Of a stretch of DNA of 64,000 nucleotides, positions 29,682 to 38,609 are shown piece by piece (the first letter of the stretch is position 1; each line of letters begins with the position of its first letter). The stretch is taken from assembly GCA_963779415.1 (NCBI GenBank), contig CAVZYA010000002.1, positions 1,696,001 to 1,760,000 on the forward strand, read 5' to 3'. Under the pieces are notes generated by a model, which was given only the letters and a program-made list of their open reading frames with translations, did not search any database and had not been told where the DNA came from. The position numbers and the translations under genes are program-made. The stretch comes from an uncultured Acidobacteriota bacterium. Its GTDB lineage: Bacteria > Acidobacteriota > Thermoanaerobaculia > UBA5066.

Positions 29682-30044
29682 TTACGCGGCCTTCTTGACC
29701 GGGACGGCGCAGCCGCCCTTTCCCTTGCACGAGTTCTTGCCGGCGCAGCCGTTGTCGCCGCTCTGGCAGCCCCCGAGCCCCTTGCACGTGTTCATTCCGG
29801 CGCAGCCGTGTTTCGCGGACTCCGAGGCGCAGCCCCCCTTTCCCTTGCACGAGTTCTTGCCGGCGCAGCCGTTGTCGCCGCTCTGACAGCCGCCCTTCCC
29901 CTTGCACGAGTTCTTGCCGGCGCAGATGTGCTTCTCCGGGCCGGACGCCGTCTTCGCCTTGTCGTCCGCCAGAAGAGTCTTGCCGGCCACGATGCCGGCG
30001 AAGGCGGCGCTGAGGGCCCGGGTCGTGAACTCGCGTCGATTCAT
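29682..30044 (-). CDS. Cys-rich repeat RiPP precursor (bufferin-like) with twin-arginine-like signal
   Basis: MNRREF signal; four CAGxN[ST]CKGxGGC repeats, 12 Cys; AGGAG RBS; immediately upstream of DUF692. Confidence 0.88.
   Translation of the reverse strand: MNRREFTTRALSAAFAGIVAGKTLLADDKAKTASGPEKHICAGKNSCKGKGGCQSGDNGCAGKNSCKGKGGCASESAKHGCAGMNTCKGLGGCQSGDNGCAGKNSCKGKGGCAVPVKKAA
29705..29925. repeat. Intragenic tandem duplication (120-bp period, two Cys motifs per unit)
   Basis: cccttgcacgagttcttgccggcgcagccgttgtcgccgctct recurs at about 29722 and 29842. Confidence 0.85.
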
Positions 30045-30132
30045 GTCGTTCGTCTCCTTCTCTCTTGTTGAGATTGTATCTCTGTCTCTATTGGGCGGAT
30101 ATGCCGGGAGACGGCCGGACGTTTCGCAGGAC

Positions 30133-32094
30133 TCAGCGCGAGACGCGGGCGAGGGCGCGCAGGACCTCGGCGACGCTCCACGCTTGTGCCGGACAGCCGC
30201 CCGGACGGTGGGGAGGGTCGCCGTCGAACAGCTCCGGGAGCTGGCCGACCCCCTCCGCGGGGAGGAAGTCGAGCAGAGGCCGGAGAAGCGCGCGCACTTC
30301 CGCGCGCGTCCGGGGCGAGTCCCCTTTCACCCGGAGAAGGGCGTCCACGAAGGGGCCGAGAAGCCAGGGCCAGACGGTCCCCTGGTGGTAGGCGCGGTCG
30401 CGCGCCCCGGCGTCCCCGTCGTACCGCCCGACGTAGCGCGGATCCCTCGGAGAGAGCGTCCGGAGACCGTACGGCGTCAGGAGATCGCGGGTCACGACCG
30501 CAAGGACGCTCCGGGCCATCTCCTCGTCCAGCATCGAGTGCGGAAGCGAGGCCGCGAAGAGCTGGTTCGGCCGGATCGACGGGTCGCGGGTGCCGCCGTC
30601 CACGACGTCGAAAAGTCCGCCACCTCGTTCGTCCGGGAAAAGGCGAAGAAAGCTCTCTCTCGCCTGCGCCGCCATCGCGCCGAATCGCGCGGCGGCGGCG
30701 GCCTCGCCGAAGCGGCCCGCAAGCTCTTCCATCGTCCGGAGGGCGTTGAACCAGAGCGCCTCCACTTCGACCGGCTTTCCCCGGCGCGGCGTGACGGGCT
30801 CGCCGTCCACGCGGGCATCCATCCAGGTCAACGCCACGCCCGGAGCGCCGGAGACGAGGAGGCCATCCGTATCGAGGTGTATGCCGAATCGCGTCCCCGC
30901 GACATGCCGGTCGAGGACCTCCGAAAGGACCCCCCAGAGACGCTGGCGGACCCATTCGGCGTCGCCGGTGGCCTCGACGAACCGCCGAACCGCCTCGATG
31001 AACCAGAGCGTCGCATCGACGGCGTTGTACCCGGGGGAACCGTCCTCGTCGGGGAAGTGGCTCGGCACCATCCCCTCGCTCGCGTGCCGGGCCCAAGAGA
31101 AGAGGATCTTCCGCGCCATCTCCGGCCGTCCGGTCGCGAGCGTCAGGCCCGGGAGGGAGATCATGGCGTCGCGCCCCCAGTCGGAGAACCACGGATACCC
31201 CGCGATGACCGTCGTCCCGCCGTCGCGCGCGACGAGGAACTGGTCGGCGGCGCGGGCCAGAAGGGGGAGTGACGGGTACTCTCCCCCGACGGCGAGAGCA
31301 AGCTCTCTTCGGCGCGTCAGCTCGTTCTTTGTCAGAAGGTGAATCTCGGCCGACGTGTGCCGTCGGGTCGATGCGATGACGGTCGCGCCGCGGTGCGCCG
31401 CTCCGGCGAGGTCGAACGTCAGGACGAAGGGCTGGAAGAGGTCCTCGGTGAAGTCGAAGCCCCGCCGGCGCTCCTCGTCGTATTCGAAGGAGCGGTACCA
31501 GTGCCCGGTCAGGGCGAGTCCGCCGTCGTGGGCGACGTGGAGAGGCGGAAGACCGGGGTAGGGAGCCACGGTCGCCGCGCCCGGGTCGACGGCGACGCCC
31601 GGGTCCAGCGCGCCGTTCTCGCGCGTCAGGGCGTGGTGGTCGCGGAAGGCGATGAGGGGGCGGACCTCGAGCCGTGCCGTGCCGGCCGACAGGAGCCGAT
31701 AGCCGACGACCGTCGTGTTCTCTCCATGGACCATGAAGAGCGTCTTTTCGAGCGTCGCGCCGCCGGCTTCGAAGATCCACGTCGGAAAGGGATCGACGCG
31801 GAACCCCCCGAGGAAGCGGTACCCCTCGGGGTGGAGCCCGCCCGGATACCGATTCGTGGAGAGCTCGATCCGCTCGCCCGCGACGACGAGCGTCTCTTCG
31901 AGCCTCGACAGCAGAACTCTCCGACCGGTCGGGGGATGCGTCGGGGCGACGAGGAGCCCGTGATAACGGCGCGTGTTCAGGCACGGGATCGTCGAGGACG
32001 CATACCCGCCGAGGCCGTTCGTCTCCAGCCATTCGCGGGTGGACGCCCTCGCGAGATCGCGGCAGACGTCGGGGCCGAACGAGAGGAGCGGCAT
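30133..32094 (-). CDS. Amylo-alpha-1,6-glucosidase (archaeal-type glycogen debranching enzyme family)
   Basis: REWLETNGLGGYAS, TRRYHGLL, AGYPWFSDWGRD, TWMDA, YHQGTVWPW, QAWSVAE. Confidence 0.9.
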   Translation of the reverse strand: MPLLSFGPDVCRDLARASTREWLETNGLGGYASSTIPCLNTRRYHGLLVAPTHPPTGRRVLLSRLEETLVVAGERIELSTNRYPGGLHPEGYRFLGGFRVDPFPTWIFEAGGATLEKTLFMVHGENTTVVGYRLLSAGTARLEVRPLIAFRDHHALTRENGALDPGVAVDPGAATVAPYPGLPPLHVAHDGGLALTGHWYRSFEYDEERRRGFDFTEDLFQPFVLTFDLAGAAHRGATVIASTRRHTSAEIHLLTKNELTRRRELALAVGGEYPSLPLLARAADQFLVARDGGTTVIAGYPWFSDWGRDAMISLPGLTLATGRPEMARKILFSWARHASEGMVPSHFPDEDGSPGYNAVDATLWFIEAVRRFVEATGDAEWVRQRLWGVLSEVLDRHVAGTRFGIHLDTDGLLVSGAPGVALTWMDARVDGEPVTPRRGKPVEVEALWFNALRTMEELAGRFGEAAAAARFGAMAAQARESFLRLFPDERGGGLFDVVDGGTRDPSIRPNQLFAASLPHSMLDEEMARSVLAVVTRDLLTPYGLRTLSPRDPRYVGRYDGDAGARDRAYHQGTVWPWLLGPFVDALLRVKGDSPRTRAEVRALLRPLLDFLPAEGVGQLPELFDGDPPHRPGGCPAQAWSVAEVLRALARVSR

Positions 32095-32177
32095 GAGGGA
32101 TCCCCTAGTTTGAGGCCGTCTCCCGATTCGGGCGGAGAGGACCGTCGAACCCGGGGGCCCCGGGGGGAATCGGCTGC

Positions 32178-34568
32178 TCAGCTCTCCCCGACGGCCGCGG
32201 CGAGCGACCGGAACTGGAGCAGGTAGAACATCTGAAGGTACCGGGAGGTCTCCTGCCTTTCGAGGTTGCTCAGGAACTTCCAGAACCCATAGATCCGGGA
32301 AAGGGTCATGACGCGCTCGGCGTAGCGTTTCCACGTGTACCGTTCCTCGACGCGCTTGAGGGCCGCCGCGGAGATTCGCTCCCACTCGTCCGGCGTCGAG
32401 GAGGCCCGCTCGAGAAACGCGGCAATCCTCGCGGCAGAGGCGGGTCCGTCGGTCGGGTCGATGTGGAACCCAGAGAGCCCGTCCTCGATGATCTCGAGCG
32501 GCCCGCCGTAGCGGGTCGCGAAGGTCGGCAGGCCCGAGGCCATCGCCTCCACGACGGTCAGGCCGAAGGCCTCGAAGAGGGCCGGCTGGACGAAGACGCC
32601 GCGGCGATCCGCCACGAACCGGAAGAGCTCGCCCGCGAGGCCCCGTTCGAGGCGGCGCCCGATCCACCGGACGTCCCGGTCGAGCGCGTGGCGGTCGAAG
32701 AGCTCGTGCATCCGGGCGATCTGCTCCTGCTCCTCGCGGTCCGTCGAGGCTCCGGCGTCCACGTGCCCTCCGACGATCAGGAGGTTCGACGCGCTCCGGA
32801 GCGCCTCGGAAGAGCCGTACCACTCCGCGAGGCCGGTGAGATTCTTGATCCGGTCCAGGCGCGCCATCGAGAAGACAATCGGCTTCGAAGGGTCCGCGAG
32901 GGTGCCGCGGATCGTCGGGTCGGGCGAGTCTCCCAGGACGAGCGACGCAAGGACGCCCTCCTGGCCCTTGAGCCGGCGTTCGCGGGCCGAAAACGGGAAG
33001 TAGACCTCCGCATCGGCTCCCGGCGAGACGACGTTGAACTTCGGATCGTAGACGTCCACCCCGTTCACGACGCGATAGAGACCGGGCATGGTGAACCACT
33101 GGTAGCTCTCGTACTGGCCCACCGACTCCGCGCTGCCGCCGATCTCCTGGAACGTGCTCGCGATGACGAAATCGGCGGTGTTCATGGCGATCAGGTCCGC
33201 CGTGTACTGGCAGGCGGGATGGTAGGCGGCCTCGTTCTGCCTCCAGTAGAGGTCGAAGAGGAGGTACTTCGTCTTCTCGAGGGCGTGCGCGATGTTGCAC
33301 TGCGTGACCCCGAGCTTCTGCGAGAGGAGGCTCGCGACGAGATTCCCGTCCGAGTAGTTTCCAATGACGAGGTCGGGGCGGCCGCCGAGCTCTGCTATCG
33401 CCTCGTTCTCGACGTCACGCGCGAAGCGCTCGAGGTAGGGCCAGATCTGGAAGCGGGAGATCCAGTTGGGAAGGACCTCGCCGTTCCGTCTCCGGAAGGG
33501 GACCCTCAGAATGACAGCGCTGCGGCAGCCCGTGATTTTCTCGAGACGCTCATGGCAGCGCGTCCCGGCCGACTCCGGTATGAGCCGCGTTACGACGACG
33601 ATCTTCGGCTCGACGGTCACCCCCTGACGCGCGAGGCGCTCGCACATCTCCCGCTCGAGGGCCCGGACCTGGTCGAGGATGTAGATGACCTGACCGCCGG
33701 TATCGGGAAGGCCGAGGACGTTGTCCTGGCCGAAGTACCCGTGCGGCGACAGGACGAGGAGCTTCGAGATCATCGGAATCCGCGCGAGGAAGGCCTCGAG
33801 GACGACGGGGGACGGGGCCTCGAGGATGTCGACGAGGAGGGACATCGTCTCGGCGGCGTGTCCCGACGTGTCGCCCCAGCCGGGGGCGAAGCCCATTCGC
33901 GTGAGGACCGTCGAGACCTCGGCCCACGGAGTCTCGCTGTCGAGCGTCCCGAGGTAGACGAGCGCGTCGCGAAGGGCGCGCCGGAGCGCGGCGACGTCCG
34001 CGAACCCGGAATGGACGAGAAGTGTCTGGCCGTCGATGGCGTGAAGGCTGAGGAACCGGAGCAGCCGCTGCCCGGCTTCCTCCGGCCTCTGGAACATCTC
34101 GCTCGCCAGCATCCGGTTCAGGAAGGTGGCTCCCCGTCCGACCGAGCGGCTCTCCTTCAGCTTCGGAAACTCGCGGCTGAAGGGACCGAGGTCGATCTCG
34201 AGGACGCGCTCGGTTCCGTCGGGCTGTTCGACGAGCGACTCCTTGAAGCGGAGGTACTCCTCGAGCGGGATGTCCTCGGGGGAAAGCTGGTCGGCATGGA
34301 GCCGGATGAACCGCCAGCGGCCGAGGCCCTCGCGGACCGCGAAGCAGGCCCACGGGGGCGCGAACGCTCCTTCCTGGGCCTTCCTCACGAACCGGGCCAG
34401 GGCGGAGCCCGGCAGGACGGCGGCCGAGGCCTCCGCGGCGAGCCCGTCGAGCCCGCGCCGGAGATCCGACTGGAGGAGGAAGGGCCGGCCGGCGGCGAAG
34501 TAGACCTGGAGGAGCGAGTAGACGATTCCGCGGTTCTCGTGGGCGTACTGGGCGAGATCCTCAGGCAT
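32178..34568 (-). CDS. susA: Sucrose synthase
   Basis: SPHGYFGQDNVLGLPDTGGQV.YILDQV, GNYSDGN, AHALEKTKY, QPALFEAFGLTVVEAM; 796 aa. Confidence 0.93.
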   Translation of the reverse strand: MPEDLAQYAHENRGIVYSLLQVYFAAGRPFLLQSDLRRGLDGLAAEASAAVLPGSALARFVRKAQEGAFAPPWACFAVREGLGRWRFIRLHADQLSPEDIPLEEYLRFKESLVEQPDGTERVLEIDLGPFSREFPKLKESRSVGRGATFLNRMLASEMFQRPEEAGQRLLRFLSLHAIDGQTLLVHSGFADVAALRRALRDALVYLGTLDSETPWAEVSTVLTRMGFAPGWGDTSGHAAETMSLLVDILEAPSPVVLEAFLARIPMISKLLVLSPHGYFGQDNVLGLPDTGGQVIYILDQVRALEREMCERLARQGVTVEPKIVVVTRLIPESAGTRCHERLEKITGCRSAVILRVPFRRRNGEVLPNWISRFQIWPYLERFARDVENEAIAELGGRPDLVIGNYSDGNLVASLLSQKLGVTQCNIAHALEKTKYLLFDLYWRQNEAAYHPACQYTADLIAMNTADFVIASTFQEIGGSAESVGQYESYQWFTMPGLYRVVNGVDVYDPKFNVVSPGADAEVYFPFSARERRLKGQEGVLASLVLGDSPDPTIRGTLADPSKPIVFSMARLDRIKNLTGLAEWYGSSEALRSASNLLIVGGHVDAGASTDREEQEQIARMHELFDRHALDRDVRWIGRRLERGLAGELFRFVADRRGVFVQPALFEAFGLTVVEAMASGLPTFATRYGGPLEIIEDGLSGFHIDPTDGPASAARIAAFLERASSTPDEWERISAAALKRVEERYTWKRYAERVMTLSRIYGFWKFLSNLERQETSRYLQMFYLLQFRSLAAAVGES

Positions 34569-36741
34569 GCGCCGCCTCCGGCTCCGCCCTGAGGCCGCCC
34601 CGCGAGGCGAATCCGTAATGACGAATCCCTTCGAGGATGCCGCGGGCGGACGGCGCCGCCGCGAAGTAGATCTGGTCGAGCCCGCGGAGCGGTTCCACCT
34701 CCGGGCTGTGGTTCCCGACGACGATGCCGAGCGTGTCGCCGAGGAGCATCTCGACGTCGTTCCCCGAGTCTCCGGCGACGAGGAAGTGCGCGAGCGGAAG
34801 CCGCTGGCGGAACGCGAGGTAGCGGATCGCGAGGCCCTTCGAGGCGCGGGCCGGAAGGACGTCGAGATACTCGCCGTGCGAGGAGATGAGTCGCGCGTGG
34901 AGCCCGCTCGCGTGAAGACGACGGGAGATCTCCTCCACGGGAGGCGCCGCCCCGGAGTCGACGTCGAAGCTCAGCTTGAACTCCCCCTGCTTGTTCTGGG
35001 GCTGCCGGGTGAGGCCGGGGATGGACGCGAGCGACCTCTCGATGGCGTCCGGCCGCCACCCGTGCCGGATGTGCCGGGACCAGTCCTCGTCCCGCCGCAG
35101 TTCCGTCCCCCATGTGACCTCGCTGCCGACTCCCGTCACAAGGACGTCCGGCACGGGAACCTCCCATTCCGAGAGGACGTCGAGGGCGCGGGGGAGGACG
35201 CGTCCGGTCGCGACCCCGAAGCCGACTCGCGGGCGGTTTCTCTTCAGCCAGCGCAGGAGGACGAGCAGCCCTTCGCGGTCGCCGAGGAGGGTGTTGTCGA
35301 TGTCGCTCACGAGGAAGAACTCCACCGGGCGCATCGGGGGCCCTGCGGCCCCGCTCGTGACGGCGAAGGTCCGCCGGACGCTCTTTCGCTCCCGCCGGCG
35401 AATGTGGTTCACGGCCTTGAGATAGCTCTTCACGTGGGCGTCCCACGTGTAATGGCGGCGGACTCCCGCGAGCCCGCTGCGCGCCCAGGTCCTCCATCGT
35501 TCGTCGTCGGCGAGGGCGGCCGTCAGCGCCGCCGCGATCGCGAAGGGATCGAGGGGATCGATGAGGAGGCCGTTGCGGCAGTTCTCGAGGATGTCGCGCG
35601 GGCCGCCGTCCTCGGTCGCGATTACCGGAAGACCGCATGCGGCCGCCTCGAGGAGCGTCAGGCCGAAGGGCTCGGTCAGGGCCGGGTTGATGAAGACGCC
35701 GCGCCGCCGTGCCGCGAGCCGGTAGAACGCGGGGACGTCTTCCGGCCGGTGCTTTTTCGGAATGGCGACGCGGCCCCAGAGATCGTAGCGGTCGATGTCG
35801 AGGAGCAGGTCGGTGTAGACGCGCTGCTCGGCCTCTTCGAGCGCGCGAATGTCTTCCCGGTTTCCGGCCACGATCGCGAGGTTGGCCTTTTCCTGGAGCG
35901 CCGGGTCCTCGCCGTAGGCGACCAGGAGGCGGTGAAGATTCTTCCGCTCCGCAGGCCGGCAGATGGTCAGGATCAGGGGCTTGAGAGGCTTGCGGAGGAA
36001 CGGCTCCAGGAGCGCCGCTGACTGCTCGTCCCGCTCCTGACGCCAGGGGGCGAACCGGGAGGTGTCGGTCCCGGGGGGGATCACGAGGCTCCGGTGGAGG
36101 TCGAAATTCTCGTACCGGGCCCATTGCTCGGTGACTTCCTGACGCGTGCTCGCGACGACGAGGGACGCGTGCGCCAGCGCCGCCTCCTCCGCCGCGATCC
36201 GAGGGGAGAAGTTGAACTGGCGCTCGAGGGAGGACTCCTTCCGCCCGGCCGCTAGAAGCCGCTCCTTCTTGACCCGTCCGAGGGAATGGCCCGTGAGGAT
36301 CTGCGGTACGCCGAGAGATTCCGACAGGAGACGGCCGGCGTATGCGGCGTCGGCGTAGTGCGAGTGGATGACGTCCGGAAGGTCGCCATGCTCGCGGAAG
36401 TACTGAAGGCAACGGTCCACGAGCGTGTCGAGATGGCTCCAGAAGAGCTCCTTCCGGATGTAGCGGCGCGGCCCGAACGGAATCCGGAGAATCCGGACGT
36501 TCCGTCCGAGCGGCTCCTCCGGAACGGCGTAGTCTGGGGCGACGCCGTCGTCCTCGATGAGCCGGGTCACCAGATCGACGCGTCGAACGCCGGGGTGGCG
36601 GCCGAGCGCGCGGGCGAGCTCGAGGACATAGAGGACCTGTCCGCCGGTGTCGGCGTCGCGTCCAAGCTCCGGGCTCTCGCCACGCACCAGGCCGTGCGGG
36701 CTGAGCATCAGGATGTAAAGGGGCCGATCGGGGGCCTTCAC
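34561..36741 (-). CDS. sps: Sucrose-phosphate synthase with C-terminal HAD (SPP) domain
   Basis: HGLVRG..ELGRDADTGGQ, HSHYADA, GHSLG, NPALTEPFGLTLLEAA; HAD SDIDNT and GDSGND. Confidence 0.92.
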   Translation of the reverse strand: MKAPDRPLYILMLSPHGLVRGESPELGRDADTGGQVLYVLELARALGRHPGVRRVDLVTRLIEDDGVAPDYAVPEEPLGRNVRILRIPFGPRRYIRKELFWSHLDTLVDRCLQYFREHGDLPDVIHSHYADAAYAGRLLSESLGVPQILTGHSLGRVKKERLLAAGRKESSLERQFNFSPRIAAEEAALAHASLVVASTRQEVTEQWARYENFDLHRSLVIPPGTDTSRFAPWRQERDEQSAALLEPFLRKPLKPLILTICRPAERKNLHRLLVAYGEDPALQEKANLAIVAGNREDIRALEEAEQRVYTDLLLDIDRYDLWGRVAIPKKHRPEDVPAFYRLAARRRGVFINPALTEPFGLTLLEAAACGLPVIATEDGGPRDILENCRNGLLIDPLDPFAIAAALTAALADDERWRTWARSGLAGVRRHYTWDAHVKSYLKAVNHIRRRERKSVRRTFAVTSGAAGPPMRPVEFFLVSDIDNTLLGDREGLLVLLRWLKRNRPRVGFGVATGRVLPRALDVLSEWEVPVPDVLVTGVGSEVTWGTELRRDEDWSRHIRHGWRPDAIERSLASIPGLTRQPQNKQGEFKLSFDVDSGAAPPVEEISRRLHASGLHARLISSHGEYLDVLPARASKGLAIRYLAFRQRLPLAHFLVAGDSGNDVEMLLGDTLGIVVGNHSPEVEPLRGLDQIYFAAAPSARGILEGIRHYGFASRGGLRAEPEAAHA

Positions 36742-37646
36742 GGGCTCCCCCCGTCTTCCCAGGCCTTGAGGAACTTCCCGTAGAACGAAAGGCGGCGCGG
36801 GAGCGCGCCCCGGAGCCGGCAGACCGCGCGAGCCAGGACATCCGCGCGGCGGAGGGTCACCTCCGGGGCCCAGCCCCGAAGGGAGCCCAGGATCATTGCG
36901 GCCGAGAAGGCGTCTCCGGCGCCGACGGTGTCGACGATGCGCAGCGTCTTTCGGGAAGGCCGCACGGCGGTCTCTCTTCCGCCCCCGTTCCGAAAGACGG
37001 CTCCTTCGGCTCCGCGAGTCACGACCACCGTGGAGAGGCCGAAGCGCGCCGCGAGGCTGTCGCGGAATCCACGGCCGGAAGTCGCCATCCCGAGGAGGCT
37101 CGCGATCTCCCCCGACTCGGTCTCGTTCATCTTCGCGACGTCGGCAAGCCGGAACGATCGTTCGACGACGTCCCGGTCGAACCAGGGGGCGCGCAGGTTC
37201 ACGTCGAGGAACCGGTTCCCCGGAAGAGCCTCGAGGAGCGCCTCGAGGGCCCTCCGCGAGGGGCCCTGCCGCTGGGCGAGCGTACCGAAATAGACGACTC
37301 GTGGAGACAGCCTTTTCGTCGCCGCCAGCGCCGCGTCCCGGTCCACGTAATCGAAAGCCTGACGGGCGGGGATCTCGAAGGACGGCCCCTCGTCCGTATC
37401 GCGGACCGCCACGCGGCCGGTGGGCCGCTCCGTGTCCCGCTGGACACCGCGCGTCACGAGGCCGCGCTCCGAGAAGGCGCGAAGGAGCCTTCGGCCGTCC
37501 TCGTCCGTTCCGATCCGGGTCACGAGGAACGGAGAGACGCCGAACGCGCGGAGGTGGCACGCGACGTTGAACGGCGCGCCGCCGGGGACGCGGGCACCGG
37601 GGATCTCGTCCACGAGAGCCTCGCCGAAGAGGAGGGTGTCGAACAC
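36738..37646 (-). CDS. PfkB family carbohydrate kinase (fructokinase)
   Basis: GGAPFNVA.HL, DVNLR, DTVGAGDAF; first gene of the sucrose operon. Confidence 0.88.
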   Translation of the reverse strand: MFDTLLFGEALVDEIPGARVPGGAPFNVACHLRAFGVSPFLVTRIGTDEDGRRLLRAFSERGLVTRGVQRDTERPTGRVAVRDTDEGPSFEIPARQAFDYVDRDAALAATKRLSPRVVYFGTLAQRQGPSRRALEALLEALPGNRFLDVNLRAPWFDRDVVERSFRLADVAKMNETESGEIASLLGMATSGRGFRDSLAARFGLSTVVVTRGAEGAVFRNGGGRETAVRPSRKTLRIVDTVGAGDAFSAAMILGSLRGWAPEVTLRRADVLARAVCRLRGALPRRLSFYGKFLKAWEDGGSP

Positions 37647-37841
37647 GCCGCTACCGCAGCCTCCCGTTCCTCCCTACGACGGCGACGGCTCCGGCGTTTG
37701 CCACCTGCGCGGGAAAAGGAAGCGCGAAGTGACCGCCGTCACGAGATTCTCCCGACCGACCGAGCAGCTCACCGGCGGGCCGCCGGCGGCTTGATCTCCC
37801 CTTGACGCCGCGATGGCGGGGCGATACGAACGGGGACGGAG

Positions 37842-38609
37842 ATGGAGATCTCCGTCCTCTTCACGGACCTCGACGGCACGCTTCTGGACACGGGCGGCCG
37901 GCTGGGGGCACGGGCGGAGAAGACCCTCGCACGGCTCCGCGCCCTCGGCGTTCCCGTCGTCCCGATGACGAGCAAGTCGGAGAGGGAGCTGCGGGCATGG
38001 CTCGAGATCCTCGAAGCGGGGGGTGTGGGTGTCTTCGAAAACGGCGCGGGGCTCGTGACGCCGGAGGGTGTCGAGATCCTGCCGTCCGCCGTTCCGGTCG
38101 CCCGTCTCCGGGGAATCCTCGACCGCGTCGCACGTCGGAGTGGTATTCGGGTGGTTCCATTGGACGAGCTGACGGACGCGTCGCTCCAGGCGCTGACCGG
38201 CCTGTCGGCCGACGCCGTGACACATGCCCGGTGCCGCGCGTGGGATCTACCGTTCCTCGCGCCCGAAGGGGGGGATGATGCGCTCGAGGAGGAGCTCGGA
38301 AGGCTCGAGAACGTCCGCCTCGTTCGCGGCGGCATCTTCTGGCACCTCTGCGGCCGGCACGACAAGGCCGACGCCGTAACGCGCCTCCGTGAGCTGTTCG
38401 GGCGGCCGGGGCGTGCCGTGGGGCTGGGCGACGCTCCGAACGACGCCGGGTTCCTTGCCGCCGTGGACGTACCCGTCGTCGTCCCCGGCGAAACCGGACC
38501 CGAGGCGCGACTCATGGCGGCATTGCCGGGAGTCCGGGTCGCCCCGACGCCGGGCGGCGCCGGATGGGCGGCGGCCGTGGACGCCCTTCTCGAGGAGAGG
38601 GCCCCGTGA
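37842..38609 (+). CDS. Mannosyl/glucosyl-3-phosphoglycerate phosphatase (HAD-IIB, MpgP/GpgP)
   Basis: FTDLDGTLL, TSKS..E, FENG, GG.FWH, DKADA, LGDAPND. Confidence 0.82.
   Translation: MEISVLFTDLDGTLLDTGGRLGARAEKTLARLRALGVPVVPMTSKSERELRAWLEILEAGGVGVFENGAGLVTPEGVEILPSAVPVARLRGILDRVARRSGIRVVPLDELTDASLQALTGLSADAVTHARCRAWDLPFLAPEGGDDALEEELGRLENVRLVRGGIFWHLCGRHDKADAVTRLRELFGRPGRAVGLGDAPNDAGFLAAVDVPVVVPGETGPEARLMAALPGVRVAPTPGGAGWAAAVDALLEERAP

Noticed and set aside
29700-29930. Repeats resembling a CRISPR array
   Set aside because: They are in-frame coding repeats of the Cys-rich precursor; the intervening sequences are themselves repeated and no cas genes are present.
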